Assembly: GCA_034670305.1 (NCBI GenBank)
Contig: JAXMNT010000001.1
Coordinates: forward strand, 1 to 64,000
Source of the DNA: Deltaproteobacteria bacterium
GTDB taxonomy: Bacteria > Myxococcota_A > Polyangia > Polyangiales > Houyiibacteriaceae
Length of the DNA: 64,000 nt
Reading direction: 5' to 3'
Below the pieces are notes generated by a model. That model saw only the letters and a program-made list of their open reading frames with translations. It was not told the DNA's origin and searched no databases. A program made the translations under genes and the position numbers. Shown here one piece after another: positions 41,440-51,574 of the stretch (position 1 is its first letter; each line of letters begins with the position of its first letter).

Positions 41440-42585
41440 GTGTGGTTTCGAGCAGTCGCGGCATGCGTGTTCGCCTTCGCCTCCGTGTCGGCCCGCGCCC
41501 AACCCACCGAACGGGCAGCGGTCTACCGACTGAACGGAAGTGCAGAATGGGCGGGCCGCATCGAGTCCGCTGGTGGCCGGCCGCTCTCCGCGCTGCGGTA
41601 CTCCAGCGGCGTGCATCGGGACCGCCTTTTGGCCCTTCACCGTGCCGAAGATCTGGTTCGGGATGCGCGGCGCGCGGCCGGTCGCTTCGACGAAGCCGGT
41701 GCGCTCCGGCGGTTGGTCGAAGCACGCGGGCTGGTGGAGACCCACGCGGACGTCCCTGGGAGCTCTCAGTGGCTGGCGGAAGTCGAACTCACCCTGGGTC
41801 TCGTGGCGGCGCAAGCGGGGCTCGACGCCATCGCCGACGAGTCGTTCCGCCGAGCCGCTGCACTCGATCCCGAACGGGTGATCGCTGCGGCGGAAGCGGC
41901 CCCGACCGTGGTCGCCCGGGCCACCGCCGCCGCCGCGGTTCAAGGACTGCGCGCGCTCGGTACGTTGCCCATCGCGTCCCCGGTCGGTGCCCGCGTCTTC
42001 TTGGACGACCGGGAGATCGGGCGTGTGCCCCTCGAGGTTCGCGCGCGGGCTGGCCGCCACGTACTCCGGATCGAGTTCGAGGAGCACGTGCCGTGGGGGC
42101 AGGTGCTGGACGTACGCGAAGGCGTGGCCTCCTCGATCCGGGTGCGGCTCGCGTCGCGTCCGGAGGCCAGAGCCCGAGATCGGCTCGCGGCGCTAGAAGC
42201 CCCTGATCCGCGGGTGCTCTCAACCATTGCAAGCGAACTCGGGCACCTCGTGTGGTGGGTGGATGCCACCGAGGAGCGGGCGTTGCTCCTCGAATGCGGG
42301 CCGGTCGGATGCGCGGCCCCCGTGCGGCTCGGAGCGTTTCGAGACCCGGGTCCACCGATCCCGGAAGCCCGTGTCCGCGCCCAACTCCGCCATGGCCGAG
42401 CCTGGATGCATTGGCGACCGGGCGTCGTCGACCCCCCGCCCGGCGTCGTCTGGTGGAAGCGGTGGCCCCTCTGGGTGGGCGTCGGCGCGGCGGTCGCGGC
42501 GGGTGCCGTGGGGGTGGGTGTGGCGCTGCGCCCAGAGCCCGATCGCCAGCGCGTACTGATCGTCGATACAGCGGATCTCTTGTAG
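41440..42585 (+). CDS. PEGA-domain protein with C-terminal TM helix
   Basis: SPVGARVFLDDREIGRVPL...AGRHVLRIE; WWKRWPLWVGVG anchor. Start uncertain (41416 or 41440). Confidence 0.8.
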   Translation: MWFRAVAACVFAFASVSARAQPTERAAVYRLNGSAEWAGRIESAGGRPLSALRYSSGVHRDRLLALHRAEDLVRDARRAAGRFDEAGALRRLVEARGLVETHADVPGSSQWLAEVELTLGLVAAQAGLDAIADESFRRAAALDPERVIAAAEAAPTVVARATAAAAVQGLRALGTLPIASPVGARVFLDDREIGRVPLEVRARAGRHVLRIEFEEHVPWGQVLDVREGVASSIRVRLASRPEARARDRLAALEAPDPRVLSTIASELGHLVWWVDATEERALLLECGPVGCAAPVRLGAFRDPGPPIPEARVRAQLRHGRAWMHWRPGVVDPPPGVVWWKRWPLWVGVGAAVAAGAVGVGVALRPEPDRQRVLIVDTADLL

Positions 42586-42669
42586 GCCGCCAACGCATTG
42601 CAGCCGCGCGGGGGCTCGCCTATGGTGCGCGACCCTTGACCTGGCCGCCTTGGCCACTTGGATCACGAG

Positions 42670-44688
42670 ATGTTCGAGAAGTTCGCCGCACGATTCCAGA
42701 CCTACGTCCTGATTGCGCTCGTCACCTTGCTGAGCGCGGTCTTCATTCTTCAGTTCGGCGGCCCGCAGGCCGAAGGCTGCACCACGGGAGGCTCGTCGTA
42801 CGCGGCCCAGGTGGACGGCGAGGTCGTGAGCGCCGGTGAGTACCGGTCGGTCTACTACCTCCTCGGGTTCAACCGCGCGCCGGCCGAACAGCAGCGCAGC
42901 GAGAAGCTGTGGTCGGTGGTCCTCGACGGGCTGATCGAACGCAGCTTGCTCGCGAACGCCGCGCGCGAGATCGGCTACCACGTCACCGAAGACGAAGTGA
43001 TGCAGCGCCTCGCGACCGAGGGCACCATCCGTGTCTCGCTCGGCGCCTCGAGCACCTACGGCGGCGCCCGCGAAATCCAGGTCGACGGAGCGATTCAGAA
43101 CCGCGACGGCGTCTTCGATGTCGAGCGCGCGAAGTCGTTCATCCAGAACACGCTCCGCCGCAGCGTGGGCGAGTTCACCGTGGCGCAGATCGAAGAAGAG
43201 CTCGCCGAGCGCATGCGCCAGACGGTGCTCGCCACGGTCGAGGTCAGCGAACGCGAAGTCTGGGACGCGTACATCCGCGAGGCCGACCGCGCCCGCATCG
43301 AGTACGTGCGTTTCGCGCCCGCCTACTACCGCGAGACCATCGAACCGACGGATGCCGAACTCGACGCCTGGATCGAAGCCCACCCGGAAGAGGTCAACCA
43401 GGAGTACGAGCAGAACCGCCACCGGTACACCGACCTCGACGAGCAGGTCCGCGCACGGCACATCCTCATCAAGGCCGGTTCGGACGCGAGCGAAGACGAG
43501 AAGGCGGAAGCCCGTGGTCGCGCCGAGTCGCTCCTGCGTCAGGTCCGCGCCGGCGCCGACTTCGCCGCGCTCGCGACCGCCAACAGCGAAGACACCGGCA
43601 GCGCCCGCCGCGGCGGCGACCTCGGGTTCAACCCGCGCGGCCGGATGGTCGGCGCGTTCGACGAAGCGCAGTTCGGCCTCGAGGTCGGCGGCGTCTCGGA
43701 CCTGGTGGAGACCCAGTTCGGTTTCCACATCATCCGCGTCGAAGCCAAACGCGAAGGCGATGTGCCCGAAGCGGAAGCGAAGCGCGAGCTGGCCGACCGC
43801 CTCTACCGAGACGACCGCGCGGAGACCTTGGCGCGCGACGCGGCGACGGCTGCGCTCGCGGCCTGGAAGGGCGGCCTGAGCCGGGACGACCTCGATGCGT
43901 GGCTGCTGCGCCGCGAGCGCGGCGAACCCGAACCCGAGCCGGTGGATCCCGACGCGGAAGTGGCCGCGGACGCGGACCCCGATGCGGAGGTCGAAGAAGA
44001 GGAAGTCGAAGAGCGCAACCCGCTGGCGCCACGCGTCGCGGAGTCGAGCAGTTTCGGCCAGACGGACAACCCCATTCGCGGACCGTTCGACTCGGGTCCC
44101 CTCGTGCGCGACGTGTTCTCACGCAACCTCGAGGACCCCACGCCCGAAGAGCCGATCCAGCTCGGCAACGACTTCGTGATCTACACGCTCACCGAGCGCA
44201 CCGAGGCGAACCAAGAAGGCTTCACCGACGAGGTGCGTCAGCGTCTACGGATGGGCCTGTTGCGGTCGAAGCGCGCCGACGCGCTCACGAGCTACGTGCG
44301 CGACCTTCGAACCGAAGCCGAGCGCGCCGGCAAGATCCGCATCCAGACCTTTGAGCTCGAAGCCCACACAGAAGGCAACGGCGAAGTCCGCTCCATCCCC
44401 GAAGGCATCAGCTGCGGTCGGGACTGCACCGCGGCCTACGACTTCGGCACCATGGTTCAGCTGACCGCGCGCGTCGGCGACGGCGCCCGCTTCCTCGGCT
44501 GGGTCGGCGCCTGTTCCGGCTCCGACGAGACCTGCGTCGTCACCCTCGACGAAGCCCGCGAAGTCACCGCCCGTTTCCGAGGCGGCTCCGCGGCACCCGA
44601 GTCCGAGAGCGACGAAGGCGGCGACTCGAACGAAGACTCTACGGACGACGAAGAGCCCGAGCCGGAACCCGAAGAAGCCGAAGGCTGA
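42670..44688 (+). CDS. PpiD/SurA-like parvulin PPIase with an extra C-terminal InlB B-repeat-like domain
   Basis: N-terminal TM, SurA_N-like region, [29 protein letters not shown], then GNGEV.S.PEGISCG.DC...FLGW.GACSG. Confidence 0.88.
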   Translation: MFEKFAARFQTYVLIALVTLLSAVFILQFGGPQAEGCTTGGSSYAAQVDGEVVSAGEYRSVYYLLGFNRAPAEQQRSEKLWSVVLDGLIERSLLANAAREIGYHVTEDEVMQRLATEGTIRVSLGASSTYGGAREIQVDGAIQNRDGVFDVERAKSFIQNTLRRSVGEFTVAQIEEELAERMRQTVLATVEVSEREVWDAYIREADRARIEYVRFAPAYYRETIEPTDAELDAWIEAHPEEVNQEYEQNRHRYTDLDEQVRARHILIKAGSDASEDEKAEARGRAESLLRQVRAGADFAALATANSEDTGSARRGGDLGFNPRGRMVGAFDEAQFGLEVGGVSDLVETQFGFHIIRVEAKREGDVPEAEAKRELADRLYRDDRAETLARDAATAALAAWKGGLSRDDLDAWLLRRERGEPEPEPVDPDAEVAADADPDAEVEEEEVEERNPLAPRVAESSSFGQTDNPIRGPFDSGPLVRDVFSRNLEDPTPEEPIQLGNDFVIYTLTERTEANQEGFTDEVRQRLRMGLLRSKRADALTSYVRDLRTEAERAGKIRIQTFELEAHTEGNGEVRSIPEGISCGRDCTAAYDFGTMVQLTARVGDGARFLGWVGACSGSDETCVVTLDEAREVTARFRGGSAAPESESDEGGDSNEDSTDDEEPEPEPEEAEG

Positions 44689-44711
44689 ACCCGCGCGACT
44701 GAACGAAGACG

Positions 44712-44742
44712 AACGCCGCGCCCCAACGGGTGCGGCGTTTCT
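44712..44742 (+). terminator. hairpin terminator
   Basis: AACGCCGCGCCC-CAAC-GGGTGCGGCGTT followed by TCT. Confidence 0.7.
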
Positions 44743-44766
44743 CGTTGGGATGGCGCCGGGCTGGTT

Positions 44767-44889
44767 GGCGTCGGGGTCGGCTTCGGCTTCGGCTTCGGGG
44801 TCGGCTTCGGCTTCGGCTTCAGGGTCGGTTTCGGGGTCGGCTGCGGCTTCGGGGTCGGCGTCGGCATCGGCGTCGGCTTCGCCTTCGGC
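44767..44889 (-). repeat. intergenic (GCCGAA/GCCGAC/CCCGAA)n hexamer array
   Basis: TTCGGC/GTCGGC units on the plus strand, between convergent genes. Confidence 0.9.
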
Positions 44890-44901
44890 CCTCATCGTCG
44901 C

Positions 44902-45516
44902 TCAGGGCAGCACCGCGACGCCTTGGAACCAGTGGGACGTGATCGTCGGGCGCCCGAGATCGAACGCGTCGAGCGTGACCAACTCGAAGCCGGCGCGCTC
45001 CAGCAGCGCGGGAATGTCGCGGTCGAGTCGGCAGCCGCCTGCGATGGGGGCGTAGACGGGGTTGATGCGGCGCTGCCACTTCCGGAGGCGTGGCAGGTGC
45101 GATGCGCCGTGTTCGAGAAAACAGAACGGTGCGCCGGGACGGAGCACGCGCCGAACTTCAGAGAGTGCCTGCCCGATGTGTTCGATGGAGCAGAGCGTGA
45201 ACGTACTCAGCACGCCATCGACCGACGCGTCGTCGAACGGAAGTCGCGCCGCATCGAGCCCCACAAATTCCACCGGAACCGAAGTGTCCCGCAGGCGCTC
45301 CTTCGCCATCTTCCGCCCGACCTGGTCCGGATCCACCGCGCGCAGCGAAGTGACCGCGGCAGGCAACGCGGGCAGGTTCAACCCCGCGCCAAACCCAAGC
45401 TCGACGATGTCCCCCGAGAGCGGTCGTGCGGTCTGCATCCGCAGCTCGTGAATGCGCGGATGGTCGAGCAACCACCGCGTGACGCGGGGCAGAACCTGTC
45501 GGGTGTAGAAGCCCAT
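44902..45516 (-). CDS. class I SAM-dependent methyltransferase
   Basis: VELGFGAGLN, LPFDDASVD, TFTLCSI, RRVLRPG, FLEHG. Confidence 0.9.
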   Translation of the reverse strand: MGFYTRQVLPRVTRWLLDHPRIHELRMQTARPLSGDIVELGFGAGLNLPALPAAVTSLRAVDPDQVGRKMAKERLRDTSVPVEFVGLDAARLPFDDASVDGVLSTFTLCSIEHIGQALSEVRRVLRPGAPFCFLEHGASHLPRLRKWQRRINPVYAPIAGGCRLDRDIPALLERAGFELVTLDAFDLGRPTITSHWFQGVAVLP

Positions 45517-45579
45517 GCAGCAGACGATACGCGCTTCGCAAGGCGTGGGCCCATCCTTGAACCGGGTCTGCCGGTCTGG

Positions 45580-46620
45580 TCACTCCAGCGTTAGGAACAG
45601 GTCGAAACGCGGCACGCTGCTGGGCATGCCGAAGAGCAGGACCGTTTCGGTCGAGTCGGATGTGTTTGCGTAGCGGGCCACACCGAAACTGGGTGGCTCA
45701 CCGATGCAGGTGAGCACCCCGTCCAGATCGGGGCAGCTCCGCGCGATGACCACGGTCGGAGGTGTGAAGGAGCCTCCCCCAAACTCGCCCGAGCGCGACT
45801 CGGCTTCGGCGCGCAGCGTCGCGCCGGCGGGTACGTCCACTTCGACGAACATGCCCTCTGTGGAGAGGCCATCGAGCGCGAACGCACGGGGGCAGTCGAT
45901 CTCCGTCGCGGACTCGACGCCCATGGAGCTGAGCGCGGTCAGGGTCGATGGAGCAGACGCGACGCGGGGGGTCGCGCAGTCCACGTACGGCTCGATCGGG
46001 TTGAACCGTACCCGTGCTTCCCGCGTGAAGGAGTCGCTGTCGCCCGCGAACACGGCGGTCACGTGGACCACGTCGTCGCCGCGGTTGAGGTGGCGTTGCC
46101 CACGCACGCCTTCTTCGAATGCGTCGCCGCAACCGCTGTCGCAGTCCGTGCGCTCACCGACGAACACACCTCGGCTCACGATGTCGACGCCTTCGCCCGG
46201 GCCCACCTCGATGTCGTAGTAGAGGACTCCGTCGATCGTTCTTGGCGAACCTGCTTCCGCGCACACGTCGGTGGCTCCATCGCGTGGGATGGTGATGACC
46301 CGGTCGACGCCGCCCAGCGAAGCGCTTGAGAGCGGCTCTGCCGCCCCGCAGGTCAGTGGTGGCCCAGCGTCCGACATTCCGGCGTCCGGTTGGCCGACGT
46401 CCGCTGCGCCAACGTCCAGCATGCCCGCGTCCAGTGATCCCCCATCGGTTGCCGCGTCGAGCCCTGCATCCTCGAGACCACTGTCGCGCGGTGTGAATCC
46501 GTCCCCACGGTGTGCATCGGCCAACGCGGCGTCGGCGGGGCCGGGCGAATCGCCGCAACCAATGAGGTTGGGCGTGGCACCCAAGGCGAGAAGAACCAGA
46601 ACCAGTCGTCGTGATTTCAT
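45580..46620 (-). CDS. hypothetical lipoprotein
   Basis: Lipobox LIGC, DAG-rich tether, Cys-containing beta domains. Confidence 0.75.
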   Translation of the reverse strand: MKSRRLVLVLLALGATPNLIGCGDSPGPADAALADAHRGDGFTPRDSGLEDAGLDAATDGGSLDAGMLDVGAADVGQPDAGMSDAGPPLTCGAAEPLSSASLGGVDRVITIPRDGATDVCAEAGSPRTIDGVLYYDIEVGPGEGVDIVSRGVFVGERTDCDSGCGDAFEEGVRGQRHLNRGDDVVHVTAVFAGDSDSFTREARVRFNPIEPYVDCATPRVASAPSTLTALSSMGVESATEIDCPRAFALDGLSTEGMFVEVDVPAGATLRAEAESRSGEFGGGSFTPPTVVIARSCPDLDGVLTCIGEPPSFGVARYANTSDSTETVLLFGMPSSVPRFDLFLTLE

Positions 46621-46869
46621 GGTCCACGACAGAGCAAGCGGTGTGCCGCTGCAGACCCGTGGGTCGAGGCGCCGAACTGTCGCTCAACAAGAAACAGTTC
46701 GCGCCCAAACGTGAACCTCGGTTCACACGCCAAACGAACCGCGAAACCAGGATCACGCCGCCGGTCAGAGGCCGGTGCAGCCCCAGGTCGCGGCGTGGAG
46801 TTGTGTCTCGGGGCCCTCGGCTGGTCACTTGGACACCGAGTGGTTCGGGAAGGTCCCGTTCGTCTAGGC

Positions 46870-47066
46870 GCCGACGCCGAAGCCGAAGCCGACGCCGACG
46901 CCGAAGCCGAAGCCGAAGCCGACGCCGAAGCCGAAGCCGACGCCGACACGGAAGCCGACGCCGATGCCGAAGCCGAAGCCGACGCCGAAGCCGATCCCGA
47001 AGCCGAAGCCGAAGCCGAAGCCGAAGCCGATGCCGATGCCGACGCCGACGGCGATGCGGATGCCGA
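46870..47066 (+). repeat. intergenic (GCCGAA/GCCGAC/GCCGAT)n hexamer array
   Basis: Read directly. Abuts the stop codon of the 47072 gene. Confidence 0.95.
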
Positions 47067-47071
47067 GCTTC

Positions 47072-48466
47072 TCAGTGGATGCAGCGTTCTTCGCAGCCGC
47101 GTAGGAGGTTGGTTTGGTAGCGGCCGGGAGATTGGGGGGGGAGGTCGAGGGGCTGTTCGCACACGTCTTCGTACGTCGAGGTGATGCCTCGGTAGCGGAT
47201 TGTGAGCGCGGTCGGCGCGGCGCCGTGGGCGCACCATTCGGTGACCGCGGTCCGAAGGCTGGCTGGGTGCCAGAGCCGCTCGCGCGCGATCGCACTCAGG
47301 GCCGCGCGTCCCCGCACTGGGCCGCCGACCTCGATGTCCTCCACGCGGACGTAGGGATCGTAGAGGCGCACGCGCTCGGGGACGAAGAGGTGGTTCCAGC
47401 ATTCGTCGTCGATGCGCAGGTTGCTGAGCATCGCGCTCGTGTGGTGGAACTGCACTCCGAGGTAGGGCGTCATGCCGTTGCCGACGAGGGTCACAACGAA
47501 CAGGACTGGAAGCAGCCGGCGCACGCCCGGCGCGACCGGTGCGCGCCACACGCTCCGGTGAAAGAGCGTCCGCGGTGCACGCAGCATGGCGGCGAGGATC
47601 CAGACGGCGAGTGGCCAGAGAAGGAACTCTTTGATCTGCCAGGCGGGGTAGGAGACCCAGTGGTCGATGAAGTAGAGCCCTTGGCTGAGCAGGCCGAGCA
47701 CGAGGCCGACCGCGAGGATGCGGGTTCGGTGGCGGCGACCGAACGCGCAGAAGTACCGGACGTCGCGGGGCGAAGCGAACGCCACCCAGCCTGGGATCAT
47801 CACCCAGGCGAACGATGGCGCGAACACGATCGTGAGCGGCAGATGCATCGCGATGGCGAGGGCGAAGGCCAAACGCGGCCAGAATCGAAACGAGAGGGCG
47901 AGGCCCACCTCCACCGTGAGGAAGAGCGGAGGCCAGAGGGGACCGAGTCCGTCCGGCGGCGCGCGCAGACTCCAGTTCTCCGCCAGCAGCCGCATGCCGC
48001 CGGTGGCGCAGCTCAACGCCGGGTCGAGGAAGTCGTGGTTCATCTTGTGGAACGCCGCGAGCGCGTACGCGGTGACGAAGATCCAGCGCACCGTGCGCAT
48101 CAGCGTGCGGTCGTCGGGGGCGCGCCAGGGCATCGACGCCAGGGTCGCGAGCGCGCCCGCCAGCATCGTCACCGACTGGGTGAGCTGGTCGCCAAGCCAG
48201 AGCAGGGGCCAAAGAACGCCGATCGCGCACAGCGCCCACGGCACGACGGCGCGGTGATTGGTCGGCGCCCGCCAGAGCAGCCAGACGGCGCCGATCGCGA
48301 GCGCGAGGTTCGGCGCGAACCAGCTCCATTGGAGCGCATCGGGAAGGGTGAGGTGCGCGAACGCGCCGAGCCCATAGAGCCGCGCCCACAGCCGGTACCG
48401 AACGAACGCGCTCGAGGGATTGGTGCCAAGTGGCGGGGAGGCGGGCGATGGAGGGGCCGACACCAT
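47072..48466 (-). CDS. polytopic membrane protein, HTTM-like
   Basis: Multiple TM helices, [17 protein letters not shown]......MLSNL motifs. Family call tentative. Confidence 0.7.
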   Translation of the reverse strand: MVSAPPSPASPPLGTNPSSAFVRYRLWARLYGLGAFAHLTLPDALQWSWFAPNLALAIGAVWLLWRAPTNHRAVVPWALCAIGVLWPLLWLGDQLTQSVTMLAGALATLASMPWRAPDDRTLMRTVRWIFVTAYALAAFHKMNHDFLDPALSCATGGMRLLAENWSLRAPPDGLGPLWPPLFLTVEVGLALSFRFWPRLAFALAIAMHLPLTIVFAPSFAWVMIPGWVAFASPRDVRYFCAFGRRHRTRILAVGLVLGLLSQGLYFIDHWVSYPAWQIKEFLLWPLAVWILAAMLRAPRTLFHRSVWRAPVAPGVRRLLPVLFVVTLVGNGMTPYLGVQFHHTSAMLSNLRIDDECWNHLFVPERVRLYDPYVRVEDIEVGGPVRGRAALSAIARERLWHPASLRTAVTEWCAHGAAPTALTIRYRGITSTYEDVCEQPLDLPPQSPGRYQTNLLRGCEERCIH

Positions 48467-48470
48467 GCGC

Positions 48471-50063
48471 TCAAAGGGCGAGCAACGTGATGAACCCGTT
48501 GTGGGTCAGGTGGGCCAGCGCGGGCACCAGGGTGGACCGCGTCAGTGCCCGGAGCGCGGTGAGCGCCACACCGGTCATGGTCACCGACGCGAACGCGCCC
48601 CACGCGCCCCATTGTTGCGGCAGGTGGACCAGCGCGAAGAGCACGACGGTGACCACGCTTGCGACCCAGGGACCGCGCGCGCGCTCGAGCGTGCCGAACA
48701 GGAACCCGCGAAAGAAGAGCTCCTCCGCGACCGGCACACACACCGCCACGCACCCCACCGCGAGTCCGCCGCTCGGGTACGACACGAACGCCTCGATCGG
48801 CGCCTGCCCGGTCGAGGGCACCAACATCATCACCACCCGCCCCCCGATCCAAAGCACCACCCCCACCAACGGCGCCAGCCCCAGCACCCACGCCGCGTAC
48901 CGAGGCCGCACCAGCCCAAGCCCCGCCGATCGAGAAGGGGGATCGAGGACATGCGCAGGCGCGGCAGCCCCGGCTTCGGCTTCGGCTTCGGCTTCGGCTT
49001 CGGCGTCGGCATCGGCGTCGGATTCGGCTTCGGCGTCGGATTCGGCTTCGGCTTCGGATTCGGCATCGGCATCGGCATCGGCATCGGCGTCGGCTTCGGC
49101 GTCGGCATCGGCATCGGCGTCGGCATCGGCGTCGGCATCGGCATCGGCATCGGCGTCGGCTTCGGCTTCCGCTTCCGCTTCCACTTCCGCCTCCGCTGCC
49201 GCTTTCGCGCCCGCTCCCACTTCCGGCGCCCTCGCCGACGCCGGATCCGCGTCCGGCCGCACCTGCTGCACCAGCCACCACGCGACCGCGACCTCGACCC
49301 CCGCGATGACGACCCCGCGCGCGAGCCCCATCGCGGAGCCGAAGAGCGGCACCAGCGCCAGCGCGAACATGCCGCCGAGCAAGAGCAGGACGCCGATGCC
49401 CACCCGCAGCAACGGCCGGAAGCGTTGGCCGGATTCGGTCCGGCCGCTCGCGGCGGGTTCGGTCGCGTTCATCTCCCGCTGCATCTGCGCGTAGGGGTCG
49501 GGTTTGGGCCGCGCAGCCATGCCCGCGAGCAGCAAGAGCGCGCCGAGCAAGAGCATCCCGACAAGCGCGCGATCCACCCCGCCGAGCGGTCGCCACGCGA
49601 GCACCCGTCCACGCACGTTCGCATCCGCAGGTGGATCGCCGCCGAGCCCGACCGCGTAGTCTCCACCGATCGGCAGCGACTCCCCGTTCGCGAACACCAC
49701 ACAGGCCGCGCCGGACTCCGCCCGTTCGATCCGGTTCGCGAACCGCTCGTCGTACGCGACCTCCGACACCAGGTCGTGCGGGTCGGTCCCGGTGAACCAC
49801 ACCTGAAAGAGCGCCCCGCCCCAGCGGTCCTCGGTGAGCCCATCGTCGGTGCACAGCTCGAACATGGCCGCCTGCCCGGCGCGCACATCCGCCACCACCA
49901 TCTCCCGATGCACCACCGCACCAAGGTCCTCGACCGACTGCCACTCGCCCGCGTGGTCCCGCTCATCTGCCTCGAGCGAATGCGTCCGAAACACCGCCGC
50001 CCCGAGAGCAACGACGAGCAGCACCCAAGCGGTCCCCAGAAGCGCACGACGCATGCGTCGCAT
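48471..50063 (-). CDS. CPBP (Abi/CAAX) intramembrane metalloprotease with N-terminal extracytoplasmic domain and EA/DA insert
   Basis: [21 protein letters not shown] motifs. Confidence 0.88.
   Translation of the reverse strand: MRRMRRALLGTAWVLLVVALGAAVFRTHSLEADERDHAGEWQSVEDLGAVVHREMVVADVRAGQAAMFELCTDDGLTEDRWGGALFQVWFTGTDPHDLVSEVAYDERFANRIERAESGAACVVFANGESLPIGGDYAVGLGGDPPADANVRGRVLAWRPLGGVDRALVGMLLLGALLLLAGMAARPKPDPYAQMQREMNATEPAASGRTESGQRFRPLLRVGIGVLLLLGGMFALALVPLFGSAMGLARGVVIAGVEVAVAWWLVQQVRPDADPASARAPEVGAGAKAAAEAEVEAEAEAEADADADADADADADADADADAEADADADADADAESEAEAESDAEAESDADADAEAEAEAEAEAGAAAPAHVLDPPSRSAGLGLVRPRYAAWVLGLAPLVGVVLWIGGRVVMMLVPSTGQAPIEAFVSYPSGGLAVGCVAVCVPVAEELFFRGFLFGTLERARGPWVASVVTVVLFALVHLPQQWGAWGAFASVTMTGVALTALRALTRSTLVPALAHLTHNGFITLLAL
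48971..49200 (-). repeat. hexamer array (GCGGAA)n-(GCCGAN/TCCGAA)n in frame in the CPBP gene
   Basis: Encodes (EA/DA)n. Confidence 0.95.
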
Positions 50064-50165
50064 GATGCACGATCAGCGCGGCCACGGGGCGTCTGGCATC
50101 GGGACGGCATCGCGCCGAACGCGGTCAGACTTGGGTTTCGCGCGGCGCGGCCGCATGCTTCGCGT

Positions 50166-50771
50166 ATGACGACCTGGGAAGAACACTGGAAGACCCTCGA
50201 GACGCCGTGGGACGCCGGCAAGGCGTGTCCCGCGCTCACCGACTTGCTCGAGGCGCAGTTCGCGCCGGGCACGGATCGCGTTGGACGGGCGCTCGTGCCC
50301 GGGTGCGGTCGGGGCTGGGACGTCTTTGAGATCGCGGCGCGCTCGCCGATGCATGCGTTCGGTCTCGATCTGGCGCCGAGCGCGCGCGGACCCTTCGAAG
50401 AGACCCGGCAGTCCCTCGGCGTCCCGGAGACCCACGCGGAGCTCTTGGTCGCCGACTTCTTCGAGTTCGAACCCGAGACCCGCTTCGACTTCGCCTGGGA
50501 CTACACCTTCCTGTGCGCGATCGATCCGGAGCTGCGCCCGGACTGGGGGGCGGCCTACGGGCGGCTTGTTCGGCCCGGCGGTCTGCTCGCCGTGCTCGCG
50601 TTCCCCATCCCGCTGCCCGACACCGACGACGGCGGTCCGCCCCATCCGGTGATCCCCGAGACGGTGCCCGCGCTGCTGCCCGCCTTCGAACTCGAGGACA
50701 CCCGTTTGAAGGTTCGGTCGCATCCCGCCCGGGAGGGGCGCGAGGTGCTCCAGCTCTACCGCGCCCGCTGA
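50166..50771 (+). CDS. TPMT/thiol-halide methyltransferase family protein
   Basis: TPWDAG, RALVPGCGRGWD, ADFF, WDYTFLCAI, GGPP. Confidence 0.88.
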   Translation: MTTWEEHWKTLETPWDAGKACPALTDLLEAQFAPGTDRVGRALVPGCGRGWDVFEIAARSPMHAFGLDLAPSARGPFEETRQSLGVPETHAELLVADFFEFEPETRFDFAWDYTFLCAIDPELRPDWGAAYGRLVRPGGLLAVLAFPIPLPDTDDGGPPHPVIPETVPALLPAFELEDTRLKVRSHPAREGREVLQLYRAR

Positions 50772-50818
50772 CACAACGTCGGCTTGTTTCGCCGGTCGCG
50801 GGAGGCCAGGGTCCGCGG

Positions 50819-51319
50819 ATGGCGATGACGACGTACTTTCAGATGGTATCCAAGGCCGAGCTGGACGCCCTGCTCGCGGACCCCACCACCATCAACGAAC
50901 TCGACCAGCCGGAAGAGCAGTGCGCCATGACGCAGCTCCAGCAATCGCTGTGCTTCTTCTTGTGCGGCGACGCGTACCCGAACCCGACGGAACATGGCCC
51001 CCTCGCGGGCGGCCTCACCGGCTACCAGAACGTCGAGACCAACACCCTCGAGAACGGCTCGTTCGACGTGGTGCCGAAGAACAAGTGCGAAGAAGTCGCC
51101 GACGCGCTCCAAGCGGTCGATCTCGACAAGTTCAAGCGCCGGATCGCGAAGGCCGACGTCGAGGGCCTCGTCGAAGAAGAAGAACTCTACGACCTCGAAG
51201 CCTGCATCGCCGATGGCGACGATCTCGGCGAGCTCCTCAGCGACCAGATCTCGAACCTGCGCGCCTTCTACGCCGACGCCGCGGAACAGTCCCTCGCGGT
51301 CGTGCTCTACACGACGTAG
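50819..51319 (+). CDS. DUF1877 (YfbM-like) protein
   Basis: Small acidic protein, EVADAL.AVD, LRAFYADAA...LAVV C-terminus. Confidence 0.75.
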   Translation: MAMTTYFQMVSKAELDALLADPTTINELDQPEEQCAMTQLQQSLCFFLCGDAYPNPTEHGPLAGGLTGYQNVETNTLENGSFDVVPKNKCEEVADALQAVDLDKFKRRIAKADVEGLVEEEELYDLEACIADGDDLGELLSDQISNLRAFYADAAEQSLAVVLYTT

Positions 51320-51353
51320 ACGACCCCGGCTGCCGTCGGAATCGGGGGTGGTT

Positions 51354-51539
51354 GCGGAAGCGGTAGCGGAAGCGGAAAACGGAAGCGGAAGCGGAAGCGG
51401 AAGCGGAAGCGGAAGCCGATTCCGAAGCCGATTCCGAAGCCGACCCCGAAGCCGATTCCGAAGCCGATCCCGATCCCGAAGCCGACGCCGAAGCCGAAGC
51501 CGACGCCGATCCGATCCCGAAGCCGACGCCGAAGCCGAC
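51354..51539 (+). repeat. intergenic hexamer array (GCGGAA)n-(GCCGAN/TCCGAA)n
   Basis: Read directly. Lies between convergent genes. Confidence 0.95.
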
Positions 51540-51574
51540 CAAGGCGGGCGCGCCATTCGCGCCCGCCGCTGCGT

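Noticed and set aside
48420-50165. Long N-terminal extension of the TPMT-like methyltransferase
   Set aside because: Antisense to the CPBP gene. The real start is ATG 50166.
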